Part shown: positions 46,896 to 59,259 of the stretch, in pieces
Position numbering within the stretch: the first letter of the stretch is position 1
How the letters are laid out: every line of letters starts with the position of its first letter
DNA from: Octopus vulgaris
Taxonomy: Eukaryota
NCBI GenBank assembly: GCA_951406725.2
Contig: OX597818.1
Location: 30,380,001 to 30,444,000 of the forward strand
DNA length: 64,000 bases
Reading direction: 5' to 3'
Translations under genes and position numbers: made by a program
Notes under the pieces: model-generated
What the model was told of the DNA's origin: nothing
Seen by the model: the letters and a program-made list of their open reading frames with translations, nothing else
Databases searched by the model: none

Positions 46896-47159
46896 ATAGA
46901 ATGTTCAAATTGCACATGTTTGTAGAGTAACCCTTCCTCTATACAAAGGTGCTACTCAACATCATCTCTGTTACAAGTGATGTATTTGCACCATTGTTGA
47001 ACCTAACTCTCAAATCCCCTTTGAAAATATTCTGGTGTGCACACTGTTGCATCTACTTTTGTCACAACTATTTCCACATCATGTGTCATCAAATTGATAG
47101 TTGGAGACTGCACAGAGACCTGTTGTGTAAGAAAGCATGAATTCAAATTAATATGTATA

Positions 47160-47319
47160 GGTGTAGGAGTGGCCGTGTGGTAAGTAACTTGCTTATCAAC
47201 CACATGGTTCTGGGTTCAGTCCCATTGTGTGGTACCTTGGGCAAGTGTCTTCTGCTATAGCCTTGAGCTGACCAAAGCCTTGTGAGTGGATTTAGTAAAC
47301 GGAAACTGAAAGAAGCCCG

Positions 47320-47397
<78 letters not shown>

Positions 47398-47600
47398 ATA
47401 TATTTGTGTATGCTGTGTTTGTCCCCACCATCATCACTTGACAACTGATATTGGTATGTTTATGTCTATGTAACTTAGTGGTTCAACAAAAAAGACTGAT
47501 AGAATAAGTACTAGGCTTATAAAGAATAAGTCGTGGGGTCAATTTGTTTGACTAAAAGGTTGTGTTCCAGCATGGCCACAGTCAAATGACTGAAACAAAT
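47160..47600 (+). mobile_element. SINE family A copy, tail interrupted by a pogo element
   Basis: Matches the consensus up to ACTGAAACAA. Confidence 0.85.
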
Positions 47601-47601
47601 A

Positions 47602-48330
47602 CAGTCAACTCTTGCTACTATGCCACCCTGCGGGACTGAGCCAAAGTGGCATAGTACCGAGGGTCTGTTATCTAAACACTACATAACCAAAAATTTACTG
47701 AACATACGAATAAAAATTCATAGGGTAGGAAGTAAGGCCAATAAGAAGTTCAATGTATTAGTAAAAAGAAGACATCCAAGTTTATTAAGTTAAGCCTATC
47801 ACACGTCTGCATGACGCTGGGTTTTCCGCTGCTCTGCTGCTGCATAAACTTTCGGATAGTGCTCCATGCTCTCTGAGCATCTGCAAATGAAACGTATTCC
47901 TCTTCCACAATTACCTTGTCGTCTTCACTCTCCACCGGCTCATCTAGAGTGAAACATGTCGGACAATACAAGGGGCGGTAACTTGTATCAGATATTACTA
48001 ATGATACGAGGGGCCCGACAATAACGTTTTTCGCAGCATCGATAATCTCCTTTTCCTTCAGCGTAAACTCAGTCCGCTTGCGTTTCTGAGCTGACATTGT
48101 GTGCTACTTTCTGAACTTTTCCACAAGATTACAAATATGAAATGTACAAAATGTAGGAGTACAAAATTTCGAAAAGTTGCGTGCGCTTCAGTTTACAAGT
48201 GGCATAGTAGCGAGAGTTGAGGGTTGCATAGTAAAAATTTTTTGTTTATTATTTGGCCGGGACCGTGCAAAACTGGCATAGTAGCGAGAGTGGCATAGTA
48301 GCGAGGTGGCATAGTAGCGAGAGTTGACTG
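47602..48330 (-). mobile_element. Internally deleted pogo/Tigger DNA transposon
   Basis: TA|CAGTCAACTCTTGCTACTATGCCACC ... GGTGGCATAGTAGCGAGAGTTGACTG|TA; subterminal GGCATAGTAGCGAG repeats; ORF 47750-48097 begins KRKRTEFTLKEK (CENP-B/psq-type HTH start) joined to a C-terminal remnant. Confidence 0.88.
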
Positions 48331-49384
48331 TAATAAAAAAGAAATAATATATATATATATTTATGTATGTATGTATGCATGTGTGTTTATGTAATGTGTG
48401 TGTGTATTGACATTTTGCAGGTTTTCATGGGACATAGAGCATAGTTAGAACAGCCATGCCATTTGTATGTTAGCTATAAACAATTGACTCTAGCTCTGAA
48501 TTTTGCAAATATCAGTGATGACAGAGAAAGCATCTGGCTATACTATACTATCTCAAGTCTTCATCCAAGCCATGCCAGCATAGAAAAATGAACATAATAG
48601 TGAACAAATAAATTAACATACTCTTTCATGTATAACCAATGAAGGCTGGCTAATATGGAGAATGTACTTACTTTAAAATAAATCTTAATGGTAGAATAAT
48701 ACAAGAGTTTTGAAGTTTCTGTTGAGATTGTTCAAATAATTTTGAGAAGGAATTATAATTGTCAATTTTTGAAATTATATAATGGATTTGTGCTCAACAT
48801 TTTCCCTTAATTTGAAGGAATTTATTCATATATTTATTTAATATTGCAATTGGTAAACAATAATCTCATTGGTTAAAGTTTTTTCTAATGGACCAATCAC
48901 TAGTTCACAGCAGTTTTCCCTATCACCTTTTGTGTTATATAAGGCAAAGCAAGAGAGACTGACCAGATGGATGATATGATGCTTTAAAAAATCACGTATG
49001 TATTACATAACAAGGAAATTTCTTGATTTAATTTGAATTTCGCAAATGAAAATATCTCTTACAAGTAAACTCACACTATCACATCACAAGTTAGGAGTAA
49101 CTCTCTATATTTATTGTCTAATCTGTAAATGTTATCTAACATTGAAATGAAGTTATTTAAAGTAGAATTAGTAATTTATCCTGTGTAAATTGCACTTTAT
49201 GAAACTGTCTGCATTTTAGGAAATTATATTTTGGTGCAAGTATGGCTGTGTGGTAAGAAGTTTGCTTCTCAGTCACATGGTTTTGGGTTCAGCCCCACTG
49301 TGTAGTACTCTTCAGCAAATGCCTTCTACTATAGCCCTGTCACACTTGTGAATGGATTTGGTTGATAGAAACTGAAGGATGCCT

Positions 49385-49612
49385 GGTGAGCTGGCAGAAA
49401 CGTTAGCACATCGGGCGAAATGCATAGCGGTATTTTGTCTGCCATTACGTTCTGAATTCAAATTCCGCCGAGGTTGACTTTGCCTTTCATCCTTTCAGGG
49501 TCGATAAATAAAGTACCAGTTATGCACTGGGGTCAGTGTAATCGACTTAATCCCTTTGTCTATCCTTGTTTGTCCCCTCTATGTTTAGCCCCTTGTGGGC
49601 AATAAAGAAAGA
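49385..49612 (+). mobile_element. SINE family B copy nested in an older SINE (about 49232-49860)
   Basis: GGTGAGCTGGCAGAAACGTTAGCAC...CCCCTTGTGGGCAATAAAG; flanked by a duplicated GAAACTGAAGGAT. Confidence 0.85.
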
Positions 49613-50180
49613 AACTGAAGGATACCCATCATGTGTGTGTGTGTGTGTGTGTGCGTGTGTTACTGTCTCCTTGCTTTGACATTGCATGATAGTTGTGTCC
49701 CCATTTTGCTAGTAGTCTCTTTCATTTCCAGTCTTCCATGAAAACAGACAAGAGTTAGGAACAGAAAGGACATCTAGCCATAGAAAATTCCCTTCTACAA
49801 ATTCCACCCAATCTACGCCAGCATGGAAAAGTGGATGCTAAATCGATGATGATAATGATAATTTCTGTTGAAATACACTGCATTTATTTCAATTAATTTT
49901 CAAAATAACACAGAATTTACTAAAATAACTGGTGTTTGAAACATAAATGAACATGAAATTTGACAGAAGGCTTTAATTGAGATCACTTTAAAATAAGTTT
50001 GTACCATAAAATAAGGGATGGTTTTAGGTAGGTTAGTATGAAAAAGGCTCAATCTGTAGCTTTGTGAAATTTGAAAATTACCTTGTTTTTTTTTAACAGT
50101 AAAACTTTTAGAGAACATGTATTTAATAAGCAGGTAATTAAAACAACACTTTATGTTGTTAATTATATTTATTGAAAGAA

Positions 50181-50385
50181 TTAATTGGATGGGGGGTGTA
50201 GTTTTTGTTTGATGGATATGGATGGTAATGAAGGTAATAAAGTTGAGGCATTGGTATAACCAATGACTGCCCTTGCAGAACTAGGTCGGGTAAGATATTT
50301 CAAGTGTGGCTTCTTTTCTTGTTTATTACTATAAGTCTTGTTCTTGATGACAGGTTCTTTGAATGATAAGGATTTTGAAGATAAT
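50181..50385 (-). CDS. LRRC56: LRRC56 terminal coding exon
   Basis: Acceptor TTCTCTTTTTGCTCCTCTAG|A; phase 2 matches the upstream exon; LSSKSLSFKEP..RPSSARA..LPSLPS..PPSN*. Confidence 0.75.
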
Positions 50386-50480
50386 CTAGAGGAGCAAAAA
50401 GAGAAAAGAATAGTACTGAGAATTATGCTTTCCACAAAATGCAACAAACATGAATTATTAAACTAGCAAATGATATCTTA

Positions 50481-50790
50481 GTGGAGGCGCAATGGCCCAG
50501 TGGTTAGGGCAGAGGCCTCGTGGTCGGAGGATCGCAGTTTCGATTCCCAGACCGGGTGTTGTGTGTGTTTATTGAATGAAAACACCTAAAAGCTTCATGA
50601 GGCTCTGGCAGGGGGTGGTGGCGACCCTTGTTGTACTCTTTCGCCTCAACTTTCTCTCACTCTTTCTTCCTGTTTCTTGAGTAACACTGCGATGGACTGG
50701 TGTCCCGTCCAGCTGGAGGGAACACATATGCCACAGAAACCGGGAAACTGGGCCCATGAGTCTGGCTAGGCTTGAAAAGGGCTCATAACA
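50481..50790 (+). mobile_element. tRNA-derived SINE family C, full length, intronic
   Basis: GGAGGCGCAATGGCCCAGTGGTTAGGGC A box, GTTTCGATTCC B box, A-rich tail; flanked by a duplicated AAATGATATCTTA. Confidence 0.88.
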
Positions 50791-51259
50791 AAAAATGATA
50801 TCTTAAGTTAAAACTTGAAAAGTACACAAATGTATGCAATGATAATGAGTAAGAGAGCTTAAATTTTTGCTAATACACTGCCTACTAAAGTTGGGAAGAA
50901 ACTATAGCAAGGACCTATGAGTGGAAAGTGATGGAAAAGGGAAATTTGTTCTTAGGAAACCATATGTATTTTGCATGCTAATGGAAAACTGATGCAAAAC
51001 AATTACAAGAAATTATAACCTCATGCATTTAGTTGTTGCTTAGATCCAGGTTAGCAAACCCTGGTTGAGCAAACCTATGATCAAATGTGTTCTTTTTTTT
51101 TATCTAGATTACATAATCCAATGTGTCCTTCTTTTTAAGATTGCAGGGTGTGATTCAAGGAGATTTAGTTGTTGTTTTAGTAGGTTGACTAACCACATAT
51201 GTTTTCCCTCATTAGCTTGCTTCAGTTATTTTTACCATCAGAATCAGATTAGTACTTAC

Positions 51260-51628
51260 TGGTCACTTTTCTCACTTGCCGAAGTATTTAGAGGTCTTGT
51301 TTTAAGTTGATGGCTGTGTTGTTGAGAATTTGGAGGTTTTGGAAACTTGCTTGGTTTCCTAACTTCTGGAAGTACATCACAGTTGGGTATATTCTTAAGC
51401 TTAGATGTGATATGATGTACTTCATTAGTAGACTCAGGGTATTCATCAAAGCTTTCCTCTCTAAAGCTTTCACTCTTAAACTGAGACAGATTAATATTGT
51501 ACTCTTCAGTATCAATGCTAGACAAACATGACAAAGGGTCAGCATCTAATTCTGTACATTCTTCAATGTTATCCTCTTCAATTTTCAGTATTTGAGGTGG
51601 AGAAGATTCTTTAATATTCTTTTGGCAT
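51260..51628 (-). CDS. LRRC56: LRRC56 internal exon (369 nt, phase 2-2)
   Basis: TTCTACAG|A TGC CAA AAG...GAC CA|GTAAGT; open frame CQKNIKESSPPQILKIEED...SEKSD. Confidence 0.8.
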
Positions 51629-51726
51629 CTGTAGAATTATAAAATGTACAAATGAAAAAAATATTTTAAAAATATACATTTACAGTAAAACAATTATGAA
51701 AGGATAAATGCATCAATATGTGTAAG

Positions 51727-52172
51727 ATCATCATCATCAACATCATCATCGTTTAACGTCCATTCTCCATGCTAGCATGGGTTGGACGGTTCGACCGGGG
51801 ATCTGGTAAGTCAGAAGGCTGCACCAGGCTCCAGTCTGATCTGGCAGTGTTTCTACAGCTAGATGCCCTTCCTAACGCCAACCACTCCGTGAGTGTAGTG
51901 GGTGCTTTTTACGTGCCACCTGCACAGGTGCCAGGCGATGCTGGCAACGGCCACGATCGGATTGGTGCATTTTACATGCCACCGGCACGAAAGCCAGTCA
52001 AGGCGGTGCTGGCATTGGCCACGATTCGGATGGTGCTTTTTACGTGCCACCGGCACGGAAGCCAGTCAAGGCAGCGCTGGCATCAGCCACGATTCGGATA
52101 GTGCTTTTTACGTGCCACTGGCACAGAAGCCAGTCTAGGCGGCGCTGGCATCAGCCACGTTCAGATGGTGCT
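51727..52172 (-). mobile_element. RTE-LINE 3' end with four tandem structured units, intronic
   Basis: GGTGCTTTTTACGTGCCACCGGCAC-type repeats at 63-68 nt spacing on the + strand; (CAT)n tail at 51727-51750. Confidence 0.85.
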
Positions 52173-52806
52173 AATGACAGGAAGAAGAAACAGTCGATTC
52201 TTTTTGATTAGTTTCATTTTGTGCCATAGATATTTGCTTTAAAAATGCTGAATTAGATGGTGTCCAGAAAATTCGCCAAAAACATTTTTGCCTTGGTAAA
52301 ATTTTCCATAGCAAAATTTGCTATAAGAAATTTCACTATATAGGGAAATTCACAATAAGACAAATTCACTGCATGGACAATGATAATGCATGTTAATATC
52401 AGCATTTTTTGAAATGAAAAAAAAAAATACTGAATGATAAAAGGTTTTATAAAAACATTAAATAGGCAAATATTTATTCACAGTCAGACAGTGAGGACAA
52501 CAATGCTTGCTGAATTATCATCTTCCAGCACAGTATGCACTCTTAATTTACACACTTATTTTCACATTTCCAATACATTTTTTCACTATATTTTCTGTCT
52601 ATTTGGTAAACATATGAGGGGGTGCTGAAAAGTTCCTGATTTTGGGTAAAAGAAAATACATGAGCATCAGTTAATTATGATTTCATACTGGTATTTTTTA
52701 TGTGCTGAATTGAAGTGTTCAACCAGTAGATCTCAGGTCATTGATTAAATTAATATCTGACATAAACAATGAAATTATTACAAAAAGAAAAGAAAAAAAT
52801 TCCTAC

Positions 52807-52910
52807 TTTTCATATTCAACTTTCCACTCTTCCAGTTGTTTTATGATGTCTGCTAAGTTCTCATGTCTGTTTGGTAACTCATCAAATGTGTGCTCAGGTT
52901 TAAAAGAAAA
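52807..52910 (-). CDS. LRRC56: LRRC56 internal exon (104 nt, phase 0-2)
   Basis: TTATTTTAG|TTT TCT...GAA AA|GTAGGA; FSFKPEHTFDELPNRHENLADIIKQLEEWKVEYE(K). Confidence 0.78.
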
Positions 52911-53056
52911 CTAAAATAAGAGTAAACATCGACATTCAGCTATAGTCGGTTAAGTCACATTTACACCTGGGTAGTCATGATTAGAAGTAGTATAGTACTT
53001 GTGGTATTGGTAGTAGTAATTGTAGTGAAGGTGGTACTAGCAGCAGTAATGTTCAT

Positions 53057-53057
<1 letters not shown>

Positions 53058-53103
<46 letters not shown>

Positions 53104-53150
53104 TGATGATGATGATGGTGGTGGTGGTGATGGTGATGATGATGATGATA
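53058..53150. repeat. Compound trinucleotide microsatellite (TAA)n(TGA)n(TGG)n
   Basis: Directly visible. Confidence 0.95.
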
Positions 53151-54034
53151 AGAGTAGTTGGAGATGATGTCACCCAGGTTACACCACTTTTCACTCCTCA
53201 CCCTTCTTGTACACAGGCATCATCAACATGCAACCTCAATGATAGTCTCATATATTAGTAATGGTGTTGCTCCTACACACGTAAATGTCCTATATCACAT
53301 TCATAAAAATGGTTGCCTGGCTTTGTGGCAAAATAATTCATTCACCAGCCTGCTACAAACATTTGACCTCATATACTGCTGCTATAATGGCTTTTGCTCT
53401 TCAGAACAAGCAACCTGCATACCATCTCCACCCAATACACCCATCTTTCATCTTTTTCTCTTTCCTACCATATCACATCTCAGAAATCTTGCACTAAAAC
53501 ATCTTGCTCAGTTCTTCCTCTCCAGAACTGCAAAAGTCTGGAATTTTTTTCTCTGTACACATCTTTCCTAAAGGCATTAGCCTGCACAAATTTAAGTTGA
53601 AATATCAAATGCACAAACTCTTACCAATCTGGAAGGATCTACTTTTTTCTCCAACCAAATAATTTTCATAAATGTTAGCAGTGTGATTTCATCTCATGAT
53701 AGCAGTAGAATGACTAAGATACTTTATAGTATTCTACATTGGTACCTAATGGTTATGATTTCTATTCACAAATTAGCTTTTCCTCTTTAGGACCGACAAA
53801 AGAAGTTACAGGAATTCCAACCATACTCAGTAGTTAATGAGAAAAGAGCATTCAGTTTATGTCTTATCAAATGCTGAAGTAAAAAGAAAAAAAATTCAAA
53901 TATCTTCCTATGTATCTTTATAAGTATTCATCTTTTTGTGGTTGGGTGATTAAAAATGTTTTTTGTATATATTTTTTTCCTTCTATTTTTCAACCACTGA
54001 AAGTTTAGCATCACATTTATTTATTTGTTTATTT

Positions 54035-54425
54035 GTGGCTGTGTGGTAAGTAGCTTGCTTACCAACCACATGGTTCTGGGTTCAGTCCCACTGCGTGGCA
54101 TCTTGGGCAAGTATCTTCTACTATAGCCTCATGCCAACCAAAGCCTTGTGAGTGGATTTGATAGACGGAAACTGAAAGAAGCCCGTCATATATAAGTATA
54201 TGTATATATATGTGTGTGTGTTTGGGTGTCTGTGTTTGTCCCCCACAACATTGCTTGACAACTGATGCTGGTGTGTTTATGTCCCCATAACTTAGCGGTT
54301 CGGCAAAAGAGACCGATAGAATAAGTACTAGGCTTACAGAGAATAAGTCCTGGGGTCGATTTCCTCAACTAAAGGTGGTGCTCCAGCATGGTCGCAGTCA
54401 AATGACTGAAACAAGTAAAAGAATA
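54035..54425 (+). mobile_element. SINE family A copy, intronic
   Basis: Matches the consensus. Confidence 0.9.
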
Positions 54426-54777
54426 CTTAAAACATATCAGTAAAATATATGATGTTCTTATAAAATAAAATTCTTTCATTTTTGAGTACAAAATACATAA
54501 CTGATTAGTATATCGCCTCAGAGACAATCTATATGCATTTATGTCTACTATAAAATCACAGTAAAATTCTCTTGGCAGCCCAGGCATCACTACAAATATG
54601 TGTTCTGCTCCATTTCAAGTCATTCACTAAAATCCAGACTTTAACAACTCTCTGGCTAAATACAAAATCTACAACTAAGTACTCCATATAAACTTTGAAT
54701 AATTAAAGCTGACTAAAATTACATTGCAACTCAATGTTGTTTTTGCAAATGTATATCCTATTTTTACCAACAACATT

Positions 54778-55000
54778 TTTACTCTTTTACTCTTTTTTTT
54801 ACTCTTTTACTTGTTTCAGTCATTTGACTGCGGCTATGCTGGAGCACCGCCTTTAGTCGAGCAAATCGATCCCAGACTTATTCTTTGTTAAGCCTAGTAC
54901 TTATTCTATTGGTCTCTTTTACTGAACCACTAAGTTACAGGGACATGAACACACCAGCATCAGTTGTCAAGCGAATGTTGGGAGGACAAACACAGACACA

Positions 55001-55065
<65 letters not shown>

Positions 55066-55222
55066 GACAGGCTTCTTTCAGTTTCCGTCTACCAAATCCA
55101 CTCACAAAGGCTTTGGTCGGCCCGAGGCTATAGTAGAAGTCATTTGCCCAAAGTGCCACACAGTGGGACTGAACCCGGAACCATGTGGTTGGCAAGCAAG
55201 CTACTTACCACACAGCCACTCC
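54778..55222 (-). mobile_element. SINE family A copy, intronic, inverted relative to 54035-54425
   Basis: Matches the reverse complement of the consensus. Confidence 0.9.
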
Positions 55223-55509
55223 TTTCCCACCACTCTTGTATCCCACCTATATTTAAAGAAACCTAGCAGCTCTCATATTAAACTAGTGATCCTAGGCCAA
55301 AACAATTTTTAATCTCCACAAACAAGAACACAACAGCAAGAAACATAAGAACAAATATCTTTATTTTGATATTGAACACTCACACAAATTAAACTGAAAT
55401 AAGAAAATATGATTTAAATAAACAATGTCAGACTTTTTAAACATATATTTTTAAAATTAAATATCAAACTTCATTACAAATAAAAATAAATTGCAACAGT
55501 GTCATTTAC

Positions 55510-55646
55510 CTGGGGAAGAAGAATTTTCTCTTCTTTTGAAGGAGATGCCTTCTGTTTAATTCGTGAGCGCAAGGCTTTGGAAGGATTTCCACAGAATACA
55601 GAACCATCTGTAAGATCACTGATCGATTCTGGAGATTCAAAAACAT
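55510..55646 (-). CDS. LRRC56: LRRC56 internal exon (137 nt, phase 1-0) carrying the family motif
   Basis: ATTTTGCAG|AT GTT...CCC CAG|GTAAAT; (D)VFESPESISDLTDGSVFCGNPSKALRSR matches the post-LRR motif S.LT.G..V.CGNP.K.LR.R that I recall from LRRC56 proteins. Confidence 0.82.
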
Positions 55647-56957
55647 CTGCAAAATGTACATATGTTCGTTATAAATTTGTGTTTTCTTTACTAACACACT
55701 TCTACATATATACAGATTTTCATAGACATATATTTGTATTTTGCATTTATTCTGAACAATTCTAAAACAAGCCTGAAAGTTATGTGATGTGTCCAATAAC
55801 CTTCATCATTAGTCTCAAAATTTATTTCTTGCTAAATACTGTTGTTCATGCTGTGTGTGTGTGTGTGTGTATGCATATATATATGTGTGTATATATATGT
55901 ATGTAATTTTGCGCTTGCACATAGCAAGAAATAACAATTCATACAGATGTTTTACCTAGAGTGTGTGTGTGCCAAAGGAAATTATTTTACAGCATTCTTT
56001 CATTTGAAGCAGGGAAGTTATCAACTTCATCATATGATGGTTCGTTAATTTCCGTAATTTAAAAAAAAATTTTTATGCTTTGAAGAGAGCAGAAATTGAA
56101 AGAGAGGAGAAAGTGAAAAGGTGACATTTGCTTTGAAGTGAGAGCAGAAAGTGAAAGAGAGGAGACAGTGAAAGATGTATGTATGTGTATATGAAGTGGA
56201 CATGTGTGTATGTGCATGTGTGTGTGAGAGAGAGAGAGAGAGTGAATGAAGGTGTGTGTTGTCATGTATGTATTTTTTTGCATGTAGGTGTAAGTGGCAC
56301 GCACTCTCTCTCACACACACATACACGTTATCTTTAATATACACATACATAAATACATATGCATACATTGTTTTGTATATATGTGGGCGTGTGCATGTGA
56401 GAAAGAAAGTGAGTGACTGTATTTCTTCAAAACATATAGAGAAATAGATGTCTTTTAAGTTTCACACTCATAGAAAATGTGACGTCGTCGTTATCGTCAT
56501 GGTATAAAATGTTTACAATAGTTGACTTATAGACAAGGTTATAATGTAAAATTTTTGTAATGCAAATACGTAAATGAAAATACAGTTTATTTGGTAGATG
56601 TAAGATTACTGAATCTTTTGATATCCCATACGTCAAAATCAGCAACTCAGTTTTCAAATGCATAAGGAAGATACACTTACACATACAAACTTGCTTTTAT
56701 ATATATGGAAATGTTCTTGTCTGTCATTCTCTCACATTACCTGTGTGTCTATCTCTTCCTGTCTCCTCCCCTTCCTTAATATCAGCCACCCTCATTATGC
56801 CACATTTCCCAGAACCTAACACTTTTGCAGCCCTCTCATTTTATCATGTTATAGCCCAACTCCCGTAATAGGTCCATTATTGGTTTTTATTGAAATCCAA
56901 TTAGTCTATAATTGAGCTGGATGTTAGTTCAACATGTATACAAAGATTGGTGAAGAT

Positions 56958-57046
56958 TGGTTCCCTGGTTTGGGCATCTAGATGATAACAGACACACAGA
57001 AATTGCCATTTATATATAATATATATATATATCATGATGATGATGA

Positions 57047-57102
<56 letters not shown>

Positions 57103-57149
57103 GGCAATTTCTGTGTGTCTGTTATCATCTAGATGCCCAAACCAGGGAA

Positions 57150-57152
<3 letters not shown>
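56958..57152. repeat. Perfect inverted duplication of about 61 bp around a (TA)n/(GAT)n tract
   Basis: TGGTTCCCTGGTTTGGGCATCTAGATGATAACAGACACACAGAAATTGCCATTTATATATA and its exact reverse complement at 57092-57152. Confidence 0.92.
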
Positions 57153-57186
<34 letters not shown>

Positions 57187-57454
57187 ATGAGGTGTTTAGT
57201 TCACTGGTGATGTAAATGAATAGGTATGCTGTGTAAGTGCTATAATTGGTCAACTGTTAGGTTCCAAGTTCACAGCTGAGCTGGAGCAAGGGATCCATAG
57301 TAGGCTTCTGAGTTAGCAGGTGTATATTAGAGGAAAAAGGACAACAAAACCAAGGCAAGACAAGTATCTCAAGTAATTCAGAATATTTAATTAGAGTAAG
57401 GTGAATTTAAAGTAATTAACTAATTAATTAGTTAATCAATTAATTAATTATATG

Positions 57455-57500
<46 letters not shown>

Positions 57501-57689
57501 TGAGTTATGGAATGGAGTAGGTAAGATCTGGGCTACATATGTTTTGTAGCAGGTGGAACCCCAGAAGTGGTAAAAATCCAAGTGAGGTGTGTACCACAGG
57601 TTACTCTTCAGGCCAAGGATATCTTTATTAAAATATTTCCCCACCTTCTTCCCTCCAAATTATCTTTTCGTCAAATACCAATCCGCTAT

Positions 57690-57942
57690 GTTACGGTGAC
57701 ATAAACACACAAGCATCGGTTGTCAAGCGATGTTGGGGGGACAAACACAGACACACAAACATATACACACACACATACATATATACGGCGGGCTTCTTTC
57801 AGTTTCCGTCATCTAAATCCACTCACAAGGCTTTGGTCGACCTGCGGCTATAGTAGAAGACACTTGCCCAAGGTGCCACGCAGTGGGACTGAACCTGGAA
57901 CTATGTGGTTCGTAAGTAAGCTACTTACCACTCCTACGCCTG
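57690..57942 (-). mobile_element. SINE family A copy (3' truncated)
   Basis: Matches the 5' two-thirds of the consensus. Confidence 0.85.
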
Positions 57943-58846
57943 TATATAAATATATATATATATATATTAGCCGGTGTTTTCAAAGCGATGAATAGCTTTT
58001 TGCCAAAACCATGGTACGCTTTGTTCTCTTACTTTATTATCATCTCTTAATAACGACTTTTATTACTACTTCAGTCCATCTAAATGTATATATTTGTCGT
58101 TACCTGTCATAAAAAGCCTTTTTTTTTTATTTGCAATGTGCATTTTCGTTGATTTTTCATATTTTACCCTTACATTTCCACGTGTATTTTATATTTTCTT
58201 TTTGTAACATATTTCTACTATATATATATATATTATACACACATTTATGCATACACACACAAATATCTAACTATCTATGCATACTCACACACACACACAT
58301 ACAGACACACTACATACATGATTACATGCACAGATGGCTATGAAGTTCAAGTATAATACTGTTGTTATTGATCATATTTTTGAGTCTAATCTTGTTTTAC
58401 TGCTGGTGCATTTTGTTCGGCACAAGAATATTGAAAAGAAGTACCTTTCCTAATCTACAATTTCATAGTCAGCAGTTAGAAGCACTTGAAATGTAAACAG
58501 CTGTTCAGACTTGCCAAAAAAAAAAGAAAAAGAAAAGCAAACTACATGTTCAATTCAATTACCCTCAAATGTTAACATATTTTGAAAAAAGGAAAAGCCA
58601 CTTTGGACAATGTAATATCAGACATACAAAATGATGAATAGTTACAGTTGAATTACTTTTAACGATAAATCTACTCAATGTGGTCAGACATAACGTTAAA
58701 CAACATCTCTAGAATATCCCTCTATGGAGTGGTGAGTTGTTATTGTCATTGTTGCTTTTGTCTTAGCCTCAGGTCTGCCCTGCATGAAAAGCCAGTGTCC
58801 CAATGATCCAATGTGTTACCTAAGAAAAGTTGACAATAGTTTTAAC

Positions 58847-59029
58847 CTGTTTTTTCATATCCATGAGTGTATACTTCTGGTGACGATGTCATTGGTGCAT
58901 GGAATGTTGCTGTTGCCATTGCTGAGTGAGGTCGGAGCCCTGTACTAGGTCTGCTCCCTGTGGGTGAATGGAAGGTAGGTATGTAGGATGTTGCTGGTCG
59001 CATTGCCGAGCTGGGTCGAATACCAGGAC
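58847..59029 (-). CDS. LRRC56: LRRC56 internal exon (183 nt, phase 1-1); LRR-coding exons lie further upstream and were not found in the window
   Basis: TTTTCCTCCAG|GT CCT GGT...ACA G|GTTAAA; PGIRPSSAMRPATS..RPSTGLRPHSA low-complexity RP(S/T) repeats; frame joins the next exon as G+AT=Asp. Confidence 0.75.
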
Positions 59030-59259
59030 CTGGAGGAAAATATGTAAAACCTTTTAAGGGCATTATGGTACATCAATACACTAAATGTTTAAATGCAAGA
59101 AATAACAGCCAAATATCCCTCAAAGCACACCTTACTGTTTCAAATAAAGGGAAAGACACATTAGATATGGCATTTTCTAGACTCACATGGTAGAAGGTAT
59201 TTGAGTATAGGTTGGCTTATTTGTGCTAGGGCTATATAACAAAATATATAAACAGCACA

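Noticed and set aside
47750-48097. CENP-B-like host gene
   Set aside because: Lies between intact pogo TIRs with a TA TSD and lacks most of the HTH and DDE domains; a deletion derivative
50481-50550. tRNA gene (also the heads at 5003 and 24017)
   Set aside because: A and B boxes run on into SINE bodies present in several copies; no complete cloverleaf
51895-52172. CRISPR-like repeat-spacer array
   Set aside because: The apparent spacers are homologous to one another, the arrays sit in RTE 3' UTRs in eukaryotic DNA, and there are no cas genes
52612-52685. Mariner-like TIR fragment (TATGAGGGGGTGCTGAAAAGTTCC)
   Set aside because: No matching second TIR or ORF found
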